From: a virus
Lineage: Duplodnaviria > Caudoviricetes
Virus record (IMG/VR): IMGVR_UViG_3300028048_000120
Location: 19,744-83,743 of that record
Length of the DNA stretch: 64,000 bases
Strand: one strand, 5' to 3'
Position numbers and translations under genes: made by a program. Each line of letters starts with the position of its first letter. The first letter of the stretch is position 1. The notes under the pieces are model-generated. The model did no database searches. It worked only from the letters and a program-made list of their open reading frames with translations, and was not told the origin of the DNA. This document shows positions 37,003-48,000 of the stretch, piece by piece.

Positions 37003-37381
37003 TAATATTCTTAAATATAGAATACATTCTACTTACTATATACCCTATAGTATAAGCTGCATTTTCTCCTATATCATCTACTGAATATGCTCTAAGTAAA
37101 GCTTGTTTTACATGTTCTGCTTCATGTACTATAGAATTGATATAATCTATATCATTACTATGATTACCAAATAATACTATACTTACTCTCTCTTCAATGC
37201 TGTTACAAGTTGCAGCTTTAACCTTTCCACTTTTTATTTTATTGAAAATATCATCTATAGATTCTTTTGAAAAATTTAGTAAACGTAATTCAAAATAAAT
37301 ATCATCAAAGAAGCTATAATCTATATTATAATAAACTATAATTTTCCAATATTTTTCTATTTTGAACATCTGTTTAATCAT
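36995..37381 (-). CDS. Small zincin-like metallopeptidase (HExxH)
   Basis: SIVHEAEHV...ENAAYTIGY; ATG 37381 overlaps the upstream stop (ORF caller start 37396). Confidence 0.65.
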   Translation of the reverse strand: MIKQMFKIEKYWKIIVYYNIDYSFFDDIYFELRLLNFSKESIDDIFNKIKSGKVKAATCNSIEERVSIVLFGNHSNDIDYINSIVHEAEHVKQALLRAYSVDDIGENAAYTIGYIVSRMYSIFKNIKK

Positions 37382-37794
37382 AGCATTTCTTCCCAATCTA
37401 TAGGATTATTCATAAATATAGTATCAGCATAGAATCTATTAAATATAAATCCTTCAGTAGCATCAGGGTCATCTATTAAATCTTTTATATACATAGCCAA
37501 GTATTTATCTGAGGGTAAGGACTTACCTAAGAAATCAGCTTTAGCCATATTAGCTACATATACATAATCATATAGTTTATTTCTATCTAAAACTATATTA
37601 TTATTACGTAATAGTGAATCAACCTGTTCTTTAGTATATGGTACTATGTACTTTTTTATACCATTTTCCATAGTATACATTCTACTAGCAGCTTCTTCAC
37701 AAAGCTTCCTATTAAAATGACAACCATAGTTATTTATATAACTCTTCATTCCTAATGGAATTTCATCATAACTTCCTGTATTCTTTTGATACAT
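37378..37794 (-). CDS. Conserved helical phage protein (module gene 5 homologue)
   Basis: HFNRKLCEEAASRMY / TKEQV / YDYVYVANMAKAD / IDDPD, collinear with 8663-9151. Confidence 0.75.
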   Translation of the reverse strand: MYQKNTGSYDEIPLGMKSYINNYGCHFNRKLCEEAASRMYTMENGIKKYIVPYTKEQVDSLLRNNNIVLDRNKLYDYVYVANMAKADFLGKSLPSDKYLAMYIKDLIDDPDATEGFIFNRFYADTIFMNNPIDWEEML

Positions 37795-37807
37795 AATATT
37801 AATATTT

Positions 37808-37837
37808 AAAAGGCAGCTGATAGTATCAACTGCCCTT
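37808..37837 (-). terminator. Intrinsic terminator/attenuator inside module B
   Basis: Minus-strand ggcagttgat-act-atcagctgcc followed by tttt. Confidence 0.6.
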
Positions 37838-37846
37838 GATTAAACA

Positions 37847-38047
37847 TTACCTTCTTCTAGTATATCGGTAGTCATATCTACCTTCTTTCATATCATCATA
37901 ATTCCTATGATAATCATCTCTATACTCAACATCATCCATAGCATCTTCTAGACACTCTTCAAGATCTTCTGCAAATTCTTTCATCTTTTTAATCTTTTCA
38001 AGCATCTCTTTGTGCTCTCCACTACTTCTAAATCTTACTATTTTCAT
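37847..38047 (-). CDS. Small charged protein (module gene 4-like)
   Basis: Acidic helix plus Arg/Tyr/Asp-rich tail. Confidence 0.6.
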   Translation of the reverse strand: MKIVRFRSSGEHKEMLEKIKKMKEFAEDLEECLEDAMDDVEYRDDYHRNYDDMKEGRYDYRYTRRR

Positions 38048-38051
38048 ATCT

Positions 38052-38540
38052 TTAAATTGTTTTATTATTACTTTTTAAAAGAGCTAAAGCTTCCTTTAAT
38101 TGAGCTTGCATACTCTCAACTTGCCCTTTTAATTCCTTTACTGCATTATTATCTACCATGCTGGGATTTAATTGCTCTAAAACTTTTTTATATTGCTCAA
38201 TAAGAATTTCATGTTTATCTTTAGAGTTTACTATATCAATACTTTTTTGAAGTTGTCCATTAATATAATTTACTAAAGATTCCTTATTATCAGCAATAAC
38301 AAAAGTATCAGGACCAAAATCAGCTATAGTGTTATTACTAGGTACTTGCTTAAATTCTCTCTTCTCTCCATTTATTACAGCTATTATATCTATAACTGTT
38401 TCTGGAATTTGACCAAAAGTATTCTGCATATACCTAGATCTAGGTAAGGATATTGAGTCTATAGGTGCAGTGAAAAACTTAATATCACCTTTAGTATCTA
38501 GACCATATAATACACTTCCTTTACTTAAATTTGAAAACAT
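38052..38540 (-). CDS. Hypothetical protein with C-terminal coiled coil
   Basis: 162 aa; module B context. Confidence 0.7.
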   Translation of the reverse strand: MFSNLSKGSVLYGLDTKGDIKFFTAPIDSISLPRSRYMQNTFGQIPETVIDIIAVINGEKREFKQVPSNNTIADFGPDTFVIADNKESLVNYINGQLQKSIDIVNSKDKHEILIEQYKKVLEQLNPSMVDNNAVKELKGQVESMQAQLKEALALLKSNNKTI

Positions 38541-38577
38541 AGCCTCTTAATTAAAACCTTTTATTTTATTCTCTTCT

Positions 38578-38931
38578 TTATGCTGTAGTAGGATTAAGCA
38601 ACTGAAGAATGTTACTATTCTTATCATAATAAATAAGATAGATTCCAGTTCCTGACATTTCTGAAGCAGTAGCTGCTATTCCACCAACCACAGTAAGAGG
38701 TTGAGTAAAATCACTAGATTCAAACAAAATAGGTAAGGTACCAGCAGTACTAGGAATTTCGGTATTTAGTCTAAATATCATTATACCATTAGTACTTAGA
38801 AATCTAAATGCCCTTCTAGGAATACCTATTACTACATTTTCAGTAGTAACATTTACACAGGTACTCTCAATCATAGGTATACCATTCCTATTGGCAAAGT
38901 TAAAAGGATAATTAGTAGTTGCTCCAAACAT
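38578..38931 (-). CDS. Hypothetical beta-rich protein
   Basis: 117 aa; GIYLIYYDK C-terminal motif. Confidence 0.65.
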   Translation of the reverse strand: MFGATTNYPFNFANRNGIPMIESTCVNVTTENVVIGIPRRAFRFLSTNGIMIFRLNTEIPSTAGTLPILFESSDFTQPLTVVGGIAATASEMSGTGIYLIYYDKNSNILQLLNPTTA

Positions 38932-38945
38932 AGGTATATATTTTA

Positions 38946-39872
38946 TTAGTTAAAGAAATTGGTTTGAGGATAACTATACCCTAAATAAGGAGTAGCATTT
39001 GCAGCTATAATATTAGGGTACTGTACAGGTACTGTGTTAGGCTGTCTTGCAGCAATGCTATTGATTTTTTCATTTAGAGATTCAAAAGCCTTATTGAAAG
39101 CTTCTGTCTGTTTATCATTACTAATCTGACCTCTAAGCTGAGTAATAATGTCACCTTGAGTATTTATTTTATTCTGTAATTCCCTCTCTTTAAGGTCACA
39201 GAACTCTTTAGTTATAAGGGTATTCTGACCAGCAATAGCATTGAGAATACTATTAGTATTTCTATCAGCCTGAGAACCTAATTGATTAGTCTGTTGACAT
39301 ACAGCTAGTTTATCAGCAGCTTCTGCCTGAGAAGTTTGTAGTGTACTAGCAGCAAAATTAGATGCCATCTGACTCTGTAATGCATTAGTCTGATTACATA
39401 TAGCCAATCTATTTTCACAACAACACTGAGCTATTTGAGAACCCAGAGAAGCATTACCAGCTTGTACAGCATTAATAGTCTGAAGACCTGACATGCCTAC
39501 TTGATTACCTACCTGATTAATAGAGTTCTGTAAAGTCATGATACCATTCTTCACTGCTTCTACAGAGGTATTGGTAATAGATGCCAATTGAGCAGCAGCA
39601 TCAGCCCTACCATTAATAGCTTGCAATAGTAAATCCCTACCCTCAGAGTTTGAAATCTGATTAGCTAAATAGCCAGTGCCATTATTGCCTCCAAAGCCGT
39701 TATTACCCCAGCCATTGTTACCCCAAATCATCCAAAGGAAAATAATCCATATCCAATTACCATTACCACCAAAACCCCCGTTATTGTTAAGGGCAAGTAA
39801 TAAGTTAGGATCAATGCCAGTAGCTTTAGATACTGCATCAGGGAAAACATAAACACTTTCATCTTGTGCCAT
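38946..39872 (-). CDS. Gly-rich/TM + CCC coiled-coil protein (module gene 3 homologue)
   Basis: WIWIIFLWMIWGNNGWG, QAING, QCCCENRLAICNQTN, VCQQTN. Confidence 0.8.
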   Translation of the reverse strand: MAQDESVYVFPDAVSKATGIDPNLLLALNNNGGFGGNGNWIWIIFLWMIWGNNGWGNNGFGGNNGTGYLANQISNSEGRDLLLQAINGRADAAAQLASITNTSVEAVKNGIMTLQNSINQVGNQVGMSGLQTINAVQAGNASLGSQIAQCCCENRLAICNQTNALQSQMASNFAASTLQTSQAEAADKLAVCQQTNQLGSQADRNTNSILNAIAGQNTLITKEFCDLKERELQNKINTQGDIITQLRGQISNDKQTEAFNKAFESLNEKINSIAARQPNTVPVQYPNIIAANATPYLGYSYPQTNFFN

Positions 39873-40018
39873 AATTTAAAAAATTTAGTTGTTAAATAAT
39901 AAATGATTGTATTTAAATACATGGTAAAGATACACTATAATATATAACAACTAAAACAATGCTTTAAATTAGGCTAAGACACTAATACATAGGTAGTTAT
40001 ACAATCATATAAATACCA

Positions 40019-40050
40019 AAAAAATAGTCAGACCTTTTGAGCCTGACTAT
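40019..40050 (-). terminator. Intrinsic terminator
   Basis: atagtcag / ctgactat stem; T-run on the minus strand. Confidence 0.6.
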
Positions 40051-40071
40051 GCAATAATGTTTAATTTAATT

Positions 40072-40851
40072 TTAGTAATCCATTTCAATATCAATATTAT
40101 AAGTACCAGCAGAATAAGTATTTAAAGATTCTAGTACTGTATAATCACCTACAACTGTTCTGTTTATAGGTATTTCATAACCATTCATGTCTACTCTTTG
40201 GAAATGACTCATTACAGAGTTAGGAATAACTACATATATATGTTCATCATTTCCCACAACTACATCAAAATTAGACCTTGTAACTTTATAAAATTCTTTT
40301 CTATGCTCTTCATTAATAACATCTGTGTATGCAATACCTGCTCCTATATAAAAAGGTACCTTAACAACACATTGTAATTCCCTAATAATAGTTCTACCCA
40401 TCAATACAGCTTCTGCTTTAATAGTAACAGTACTATCAGTAGTTATTGTTGTAGTAGCAGTTCTAATATTTCCACCAATATATTTAAGTTCATCATTTAC
40501 ATAAAACTTAATACTTGTAAAAGGTTCAAAAGCATTAATACAACTTGCAGTACATATACATCTTACATTTCCGTCAGCAATAACAAATGAAGGATCTATA
40601 GTAAATGTATAATCCATGTACCCTTTACCTGTAATATATGACAAATCATCAGCTATAGTATATATTATATCAATTAGTTCTTGATTTAATTTAGGAAGAG
40701 TTATTGATTTATCCTGTATATGTTCTGTAGTAATTGAGTTATCTGCTATGTGTTCTGAATGTATAGCATGCTCTTTTATTTTAAATTTGAATGCTTTATT
40801 TGGAGTCTTATTTAATTCAGACTTTCCTATTTCTTTATTTGTACCCGTCAT
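40072..40851 (-). CDS. Tail-fibre/decoration-like protein
   Basis: HIADNSITTEHIQDKSIT repeats followed by beta-rich domains. Confidence 0.5.
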   Translation of the reverse strand: MTGTNKEIGKSELNKTPNKAFKFKIKEHAIHSEHIADNSITTEHIQDKSITLPKLNQELIDIIYTIADDLSYITGKGYMDYTFTIDPSFVIADGNVRCICTASCINAFEPFTSIKFYVNDELKYIGGNIRTATTTITTDSTVTIKAEAVLMGRTIIRELQCVVKVPFYIGAGIAYTDVINEEHRKEFYKVTRSNFDVVVGNDEHIYVVIPNSVMSHFQRVDMNGYEIPINRTVVGDYTVLESLNTYSAGTYNIDIEMDY

Positions 40852-40853
40852 TG

Positions 40854-41147
40854 TTATTTCTTTTTAGTAGTTATATAATTAGATAGCTCATCTTTATACC
40901 AAACAAGTTCTTTGAATCCTACTCTTTTCCTTCCTTTAGGTAATTTATTTAGATTAATCATACTATCAAATTTACTTCTTGACATATTGAGATAATTACA
41001 GGCTGTCTCTTTACTCATAACATGATGGGTAAGCAGTGACATTATATCCATTGCTTCAGATTCTGATAACTCAGAGTTTCCTGAATCTAATTTATTAGCA
41101 ATTTCTCTTAATAATTTAGCTACTAATTTAATCAATGATGTCTTCAT
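40854..41147 (-). CDS. AlpA-like HTH protein (module gene 2 homologue)
   Basis: ACNYLNMSRSKFDSMINLNKLPKG...FKELVW. Confidence 0.75.
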   Translation of the reverse strand: MKTSLIKLVAKLLREIANKLDSGNSELSESEAMDIMSLLTHHVMSKETACNYLNMSRSKFDSMINLNKLPKGRKRVGFKELVWYKDELSNYITTKKK

Positions 41148-41167
41148 ATTTTTATATTTTGTTTCTA

Positions 41168-41175
41168 CAAAAATA
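41168..41175 (-). promoter_or_regulatory. -7 element TATTTTTG
   Basis: Plus-strand caaaaata, 20 nt upstream of the HTH ATG. Confidence 0.5.
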
Positions 41176-41207
41176 CATATAAAAAAGATATGGTTATCTG
41201 TGATAAT

Positions 41208-41600
41208 TTATTTGTTTATTCTTAATATGTTTTTATACTTGTTACTCCTATATAATATAAGAAATATAAATAGTCCTGTTATTATCAAGTAAAACATTAA
41301 AAGTTTTTTATCTGATAAAGGTATTCCAATATAATAATCATATATATTAAGTATCCAGTTAAGAGATACATAATGTAGAAATAATCTATGATAACTACAA
41401 AATTTAAAAGCATAACTAGATATATACAAGAACATCATAGGCAATAAAGAAACTCCTCCTAAATAAGAGAGTATAAAAGTATCTACATTTAAGTAGGAAA
41501 GTAATATGTTTAACAGCACAATGAGGGATAATACCATTGGAATTACTTTAAGTACCCAGAGTTGTATTTTATGAATATTTCTTATAGGTAGTGTTTCCAT
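41208..41600 (-). CDS. Multi-pass membrane protein (module gene 1 homologue)
   Basis: About four TM segments; FKFCSYHR motif. Confidence 0.7.
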   Translation of the reverse strand: METLPIRNIHKIQLWVLKVIPMVLSLIVLLNILLSYLNVDTFILSYLGGVSLLPMMFLYISSYAFKFCSYHRLFLHYVSLNWILNIYDYYIGIPLSDKKLLMFYLIITGLFIFLILYRSNKYKNILRINK

Positions 41601-41610
41601 ACTATTAAAT

Positions 41611-41644
41611 AAAAAGAGGATGTGCCTAAGTAAGACACACCCTC
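41611..41644 (-). terminator. Intrinsic terminator
   Basis: Minus-strand gagggtgtgtct-tactt-aggcacatcctc-ttttt (pairs fully only on this strand, with G:U). Confidence 0.7.
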
Positions 41645-41761
41645 AAGAGTTCTTTAATTACTTTTTTATTTCTTTCTTTTTTACATCATTAGTAAGACCT
41701 GCTTTAGGTGTAAGTGGCTTTGGTCTTTTTTCTTCTTTACAACTTTTCATATTCATTAGTA

Positions 41762-42046
41762 TTAAGGATTATTAGTATGGTTTTCAGGGTGCTCTTTAAA
41801 GCTCTCTAGCTGTTGCTCCACCCATTCTTTTAAATCAGTTATACGTTTATTCAACCCCTTTAGTGTTAGGTCTAAACTACTATCATTATCAGTTCCTATA
41901 ATTTCATTTTTTAAAGTAGTAGTATCAATACTAGTTCCTCCTTCACCCTTTATAGCCTTAACCTGTCCTCCATCAATGAAGTGCATTTCAATATTATCTC
42001 CTACAGGTTTTAGCCATATACCATTATCTATTTCAGGCTGATTCAC
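41762..42046 (-). CDS. Hypothetical protein
   Basis: 94 aa; EIIG...DLTLKGL motif resembles tail-fibre linker segments. Confidence 0.5.
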   Translation of the reverse strand: MNQPEIDNGIWLKPVGDNIEMHFIDGGQVKAIKGEGGTSIDTTTLKNEIIGTDNDSSLDLTLKGLNKRITDLKEWVEQQLESFKEHPENHTNNP

Positions 42047-42094
42047 TGATAAAAAATCTTCTTATATATAATCATAAGATATAAATTTAAATAT

Positions 42095-45000
42095 TTATCC
42101 TCTACATTTTACATACTGTTCTTTCTCTTCAAGACTCATATTATCATAAGCTTCCTTAAAAAGTCCTGATTCTTTTATATTCTCTTTAATAGTATTATTA
42201 AGATTATCCCATTGATACCTCTTATTTTGTACATTTCTAATCTCTCTTAATACTACCTCTTTATTTTCTTTTTCCCCCTCTGCTGCTGTAGAAGTATTAG
42301 CAAAATGACCATTATTTATTTCCCAAAATAGTTGGTTAATAGTAGTATCTGATATTCTATTATATCTATTAATTTTATCCATTAGCTTTCTTATCCACTT
42401 CTTAATAGTACCAACAATACCAGTATCTTCAGAATCAATTACATATCTTCTAAAGTCATTTGCTAATCTTTCTTCTATTTCCCATTTATCTGTTAAACCA
42501 TATTCTTTACCAGCTATATTGAAAATGTTTCCTTTCTCTTCTTGAGTCATTAGCATATCTATAACATAGTGGAAAGCTTCATGATAAACAGTACCCCTAG
42601 GAGCTTTTTTAAGTACTTCAATAACTCCAGCTTTATATGTAGCCCACATATCACTATTACCTCTAACAAGCTTTCCTACAAACTGAGTTCTTTCTTTAGT
42701 ACTTAGAGAAGGAAGATTTTTAGATAACCAATGCCTTGATCTTCTTTCCTTTTCCCTCTCCAATGACTTTGTTTGTTTTGTCATAGGCTTTACATTATTG
42801 GGAACTTCCTTTACAGTAAATTTCCTAACTCCTACAAAGTTAGATAAAATATTATTAACTTCCTTTTTTGTAATTGAATTAATTACATAAGTTTTAGTTT
42901 CTCTACTACTTAATTGTACAGAAGATTCTCCATTAGCTAATTTTACTTTAAGCTCATTAGGTATTTTATCCCATATCTTTTTATACCTTTTTTCCAGAAA
43001 AGAACTCACTTCCTTTTCTACATCTTCAATAGTAAGTTTAGTAGAGGAAGTTTTTGTTTCTTTCTTTTCTAGTTTATCATTACTAGCTTTATCTTTTTCA
43101 GTACTGTTACCTTCTGTACTTTTTTCTTTATTTACCTCCTTTTCTTTATCACTAGTTACAGTGTTTTCAACTTTAGTTTCTGTGCCTGGTCTTTGTACAA
43201 ATTTATCTTCTGCTTTATTATAATAGTAGTTTTCTCCATTTATAACAACATATACTACCTCTTTATTTTTATATTCTGCCCTTTCTGCAAAAGCTCTTGC
43301 ATAAAATTTATATAAATCCTCATGTCCTTTAAATTCTACAGGGTTATCTCCTTTGTTCCTAATAGTATGACTATTGAAGTTTAAAGTATAAGGTGTATTA
43401 TTTAATGTTATTATCTGTACACCATCTGCCTTTGGAGACGTCTTTTGTCTTTCAGTAGAACTATTTGGATTATATTCAAGTGTAAACCAGTTGTTGATAA
43501 CCTGAGTAGTACCCTTAGGTAAAGGAGCTTTAGCTAACTCCCCTATGATTTTATTATACTCTATTTCTTCTGTTTCTACTTTACCATTCTTTACAGTTAC
43601 AAGAGGTATATTCTTATTTATATAATGAGTACTTATTTGGATAGGTATATGCTTCTTTGCTAATCCTTCTAGAATCATGTCTGCTAATGTATCCAAACTA
43701 ACACCCCTTACACTCTCAATGGTAAAGGAGTAATCTGTACCATTTTCCTTACTAGGGTTATCAACTCCTGCTTTATATAGATTTACAGTAAGAGTATTTT
43801 TTCCATTTGATTTTTTGAATAATCCCCTTTCCTTATTGTTCTTGAATCTATCTACTTGTAGTAAACCTGATAATAAATCACAAACCTGAAAGAAAGTCTG
43901 TTTTGATATATCTGCATTTTCATTATACTTAAGTGCTTCTACTAAAGCTGTATGAAGTACTCTATAAATCAAAGAATCCTTATCAGCAACAAAAGTATCT
44001 GTTACTATAGGTATAGCTACTTGTTTTTCTGATGGAGAATTTAATAGCATTACAGGTCTACCTGTTTTAGCTTGAGGTATCCTTACTTGTTCCCCTGGAA
44101 TTAATGTAATATGCTTATTTTCTCTATAATTATAACCAGTAGCAACTCCCTCATTGGTAATAACACCTAATTGTAATCCATTACCAGCAATTATTTCATT
44201 GACAGTATTGTACTCTTGTGATGTAGGTACTAAACCATTATACATATTTTTAATACTAAGAGTTGGAGGATTACCATTTATCCTCTTAACACCTAAGGTA
44301 TCAACACCTTCCTTTTTGAAATCATCAAGTATGACTTCTTTATTTCCAGTTTTAGCATAATTATTTTCAAATAATTTAAAGGCTTCATTCTGAAAAGCTA
44401 TCAAGTTCTTAAGACCTTCTGACTTCTTGCTATCATAGTAATCTCTTTCCCATTGAGCTAAAGGCAAATCACCTAAAACATTGCCCTTGTCATCCAGCAT
44501 TATAAGAGCTAATGCATAAGGTTTTTGTTCATCAGGTATACTACTAAAAGGTGTATTTTCACCATATACTTCAGGAAGGAATTTAACCATAATATGTACC
44601 TTGTCACCTTCATGTAGTTTAAGATTATCATCTACAGCATCTACTCTATCCCAAGCTCCTTGTTCTTTTAAATACTCATAAATAGCTTTACTTCGCTTAT
44701 AAGCAGCAGAGTCTTTATCTTCTAACATATCATCGTGATAAGTACCTTCAGTTCTGCCATAAGGATTCCTCATAGTAGTAGTTCTCCAGTTATTATCTTC
44801 AATACTGGATTCTTGTTCATTTACAGTACTGATTTCTCCTCTTATTGCTTGATCACTATTTACTACTGTTGTAGTAGGATTATTAGTATTATCAGTATTA
44901 CCAGTGCTAGAGGAAGTGATAGAAGTATCTGTATCTACAGTTTTATCTTCTTTATCTGTACTCTTTTCCTCAGTAGTATTCTTTTCTTTATTAGTACTCT

Positions 45001-48000
45001 TCTTATCCTTTTCTTTACTACCCTCTTTATCTGAAAAGTTAAATGGAACTGTATTAGCAGCTACAGGGTCATGCCCAGTAGTCTTTGTGGCTTCTGCTGC
45101 TTTTTGAGCACTTTTATCAGCTTCAGCAAGCCCTTTCTCTTCAGGAATATCCTCTGCACCAACTTCATCTTTATTATACCTTGTAAAAGCTACTGCTGTA
45201 ACTTCTGATAGAAGTTTTTGCAATTCCTCAAGTTTTTCTTTATTTGTTTGTTCTACTACATCAAAAGGTACTGCACTAGTATCTATACTAGCAAGATTAA
45301 TATCAGCAGCATCTGAGGCTTTAACTTCAGCAGATAATATAGTAGAATCTGCCATTGTAGCTAGGGTTCTCCTATCTTCTTCTGAAGCTTTATTACTTGG
45401 TAATTCATTAATAGCATCTAAAGCATGCCTTCTAATTTTAGCAGTTTTAGCGTGTTTCTCCTTGGCTATTTTAGCTACTTCAGCAGCTTTTTTAGTTTCC
45501 TCCTTTTCCTTTTTAGTATCTTCATCTTCATTTTCATCTTCATCTGTTTCATTTGCTGCTTCAATTAAGGAATCAAGGTCCATATCATCCATGCTTCCAT
45601 TTTGTAAAGCTTCACTTACTTGATGCACATCTTTACCTTTTACCTTATCAGTTACTGCTTCTTTCTGCACCTCTTTAGCAGCTGTTTTTATGGCTTCCTC
45701 CTTCTTCTTATCTATTAGTTCAGGATGTGCCATATACTTTCTAAGTGTTGCACCATATTCCCCAGCTTCATTATATAGACTAACCATATCCTTTAATGAA
45801 GTCATAAAGTTATTCACTGCTATACTTTCATCCAATCCAGTAGCTCTTGGGTTGCTGTTTCTATAGTTTTCTATAAAAGAATTATATATACTTTCAGAGT
45901 TTGCATCAAGTTGCTCATTGGCTTTATCAAACACTCCATTCTTTTTAGCTCTATCAATTTTTCTTTGCTGCTTTTCTTTATCAGAAAGTCCTTCTTCCTC
46001 TTTCTTTGTCTTCTCATCTTCTTCACTATTAAGAAACTCCTTAATAATATTTGACCCATTGCATATAGTATTGACAAAGAAATCTACAAATTTAGCATCA
46101 CTAAGTTTAGATACATCTACTTTTACATAACCGTCTTTTGTATCTTTATCTTTACTAAAAGCTAAGTCTGTAGTATTATACTCTTTAGCTAATTGCTCTG
46201 GAGATTTATCTGATTTAATCAATAATGTTTTAGGAAGATCCTTTCTTGCATTATTAGCTATTTTCTGACTTCTTTCCAGCTTCTCTCCTCCAATATAATG
46301 AAGATAAGCTAAGTTATCCTCTTGGTCTTTAGTAAGAGTACCACCTGTTATTTCTCTTATAGCAGCAAAAGATTTAAGATAATCATCCAATTTCTTATTA
46401 AGAGATTTTGAATTATTATTGAGTTCCTCTCTTACCTCATCAGGTGTCTTTGTATTACCTTCATTATCTACATAAGGACCATTAAAATACTCCTTACCTT
46501 CATAGTCATTTATACTTTGTTTAAGAGTATTTATACTCTCTTTATTTTGTTCTAGTTTTTTATTGATATTATCAATAGTATTACGTTGAGAATTATAATA
46601 TGCAGATCTTTCTTTTGGAGGTAAATGATTGAATGTATTGAATATATTTTGTAACTGATTAGAGAGATTATAATTTTCAATTTGTATACTCTCTATTTTA
46701 CTGTTAGCTTCTGCACTAAATCTTTGTTTATCCTGCTCAGCAGTTGTATGTCTAGTAGTGGTATTAATAATACTGTTAATATCATCATCAGACAAGTATC
46801 CACCAATACTATTATAAATGTCTCTTAGATCATCTATTTTACCTGCTCTAGCAAAAGTCTGAATATCATGAACTGTCTGTTTATCATCAGCATCCTTCCA
46901 AGCTTTCTTATCATTATTTTCTGCACTTTTTGTTTTATCCTCCTCAAGTTTAGTATGTGCAACTAGTCTGCTTAAATGCTCATGAAAATCCTTAGACTTC
47001 TTGAGGGTATTAAGGTCATCAATACTTTCCTTATATTTATTATAAGTATTCTTATATTCTTTTACTTCATTGATAGCACCTCCTGACCATTCCCCATATC
47101 TTAGAGGATTCCATTTAGATTTAGACTTATCTTGATTAAACATTTTAGTAGGGGCATAAGAACCAAGTAATCCAGTTATACCTCCAACTACAAATTGTTC
47201 CCACTGATTTACATCCCCATAGCTACCAGCAAAAGCCTTACTTATTTCATTTCCTAGAGTATAGAAGTCCTTGGTAGTTTTTCTATAAGCCTTAGGGTCT
47301 AATTTAGCTTTCCAATAATCATTTACATCTACTTCATTTTCAGAAATACCTCCATAGTTTTGAATTGCCTGCTGATTCATTTCCTCAAGACCTTCAGTAA
47401 AAAATCCTTTGGTAGCATTGACACCCCTCATAAGTTTATTATTATAAATCTTATAAGTACCATCATCCATAAGTTTAGCACCTACTCCCCAAGGCTTAGT
47501 TATTTTAGCAGCTTCTTCAGCTTCATGCATGGCATTTCCAAAACCTTTGCTCATAGCTTTGCCAAACTGAATTAGATTTCCAGCAGTAAGAAGGACTTGG
47601 TTAAGACCAAATATCTTATTACCCATTCTAAGACCACTTTCTTCTATCTGCTGCTTACCTGCTTCATACTTCTCATTAATCTTATCCCATTGCTTTTGAA
47701 TTTCATTTGAATCCCTCTTATATTTTAAAAAAGCAGGGTCATAAGATTTACCATCATTTCCTTTTACTAAATATTTACCCTTATTAGCTTGATATTCAGC
47801 ATCAATTGCTTTTTGTGCTTGCTTAAGTTTATCCATTTCAGGCAAGAAAGAATTACCAAGTCTTACTAATTCTGCTTCATTTCTTTCTTGTACTCCACTC
47901 TGTGCTTCTGTCATTGCTTCTCCTGATGCTGAGAATAAAGCACTTAAAGCTGATGCTGCACCTTTTCCTACTTTTCCTATTTTTCCTGTTAAATTAAGTG

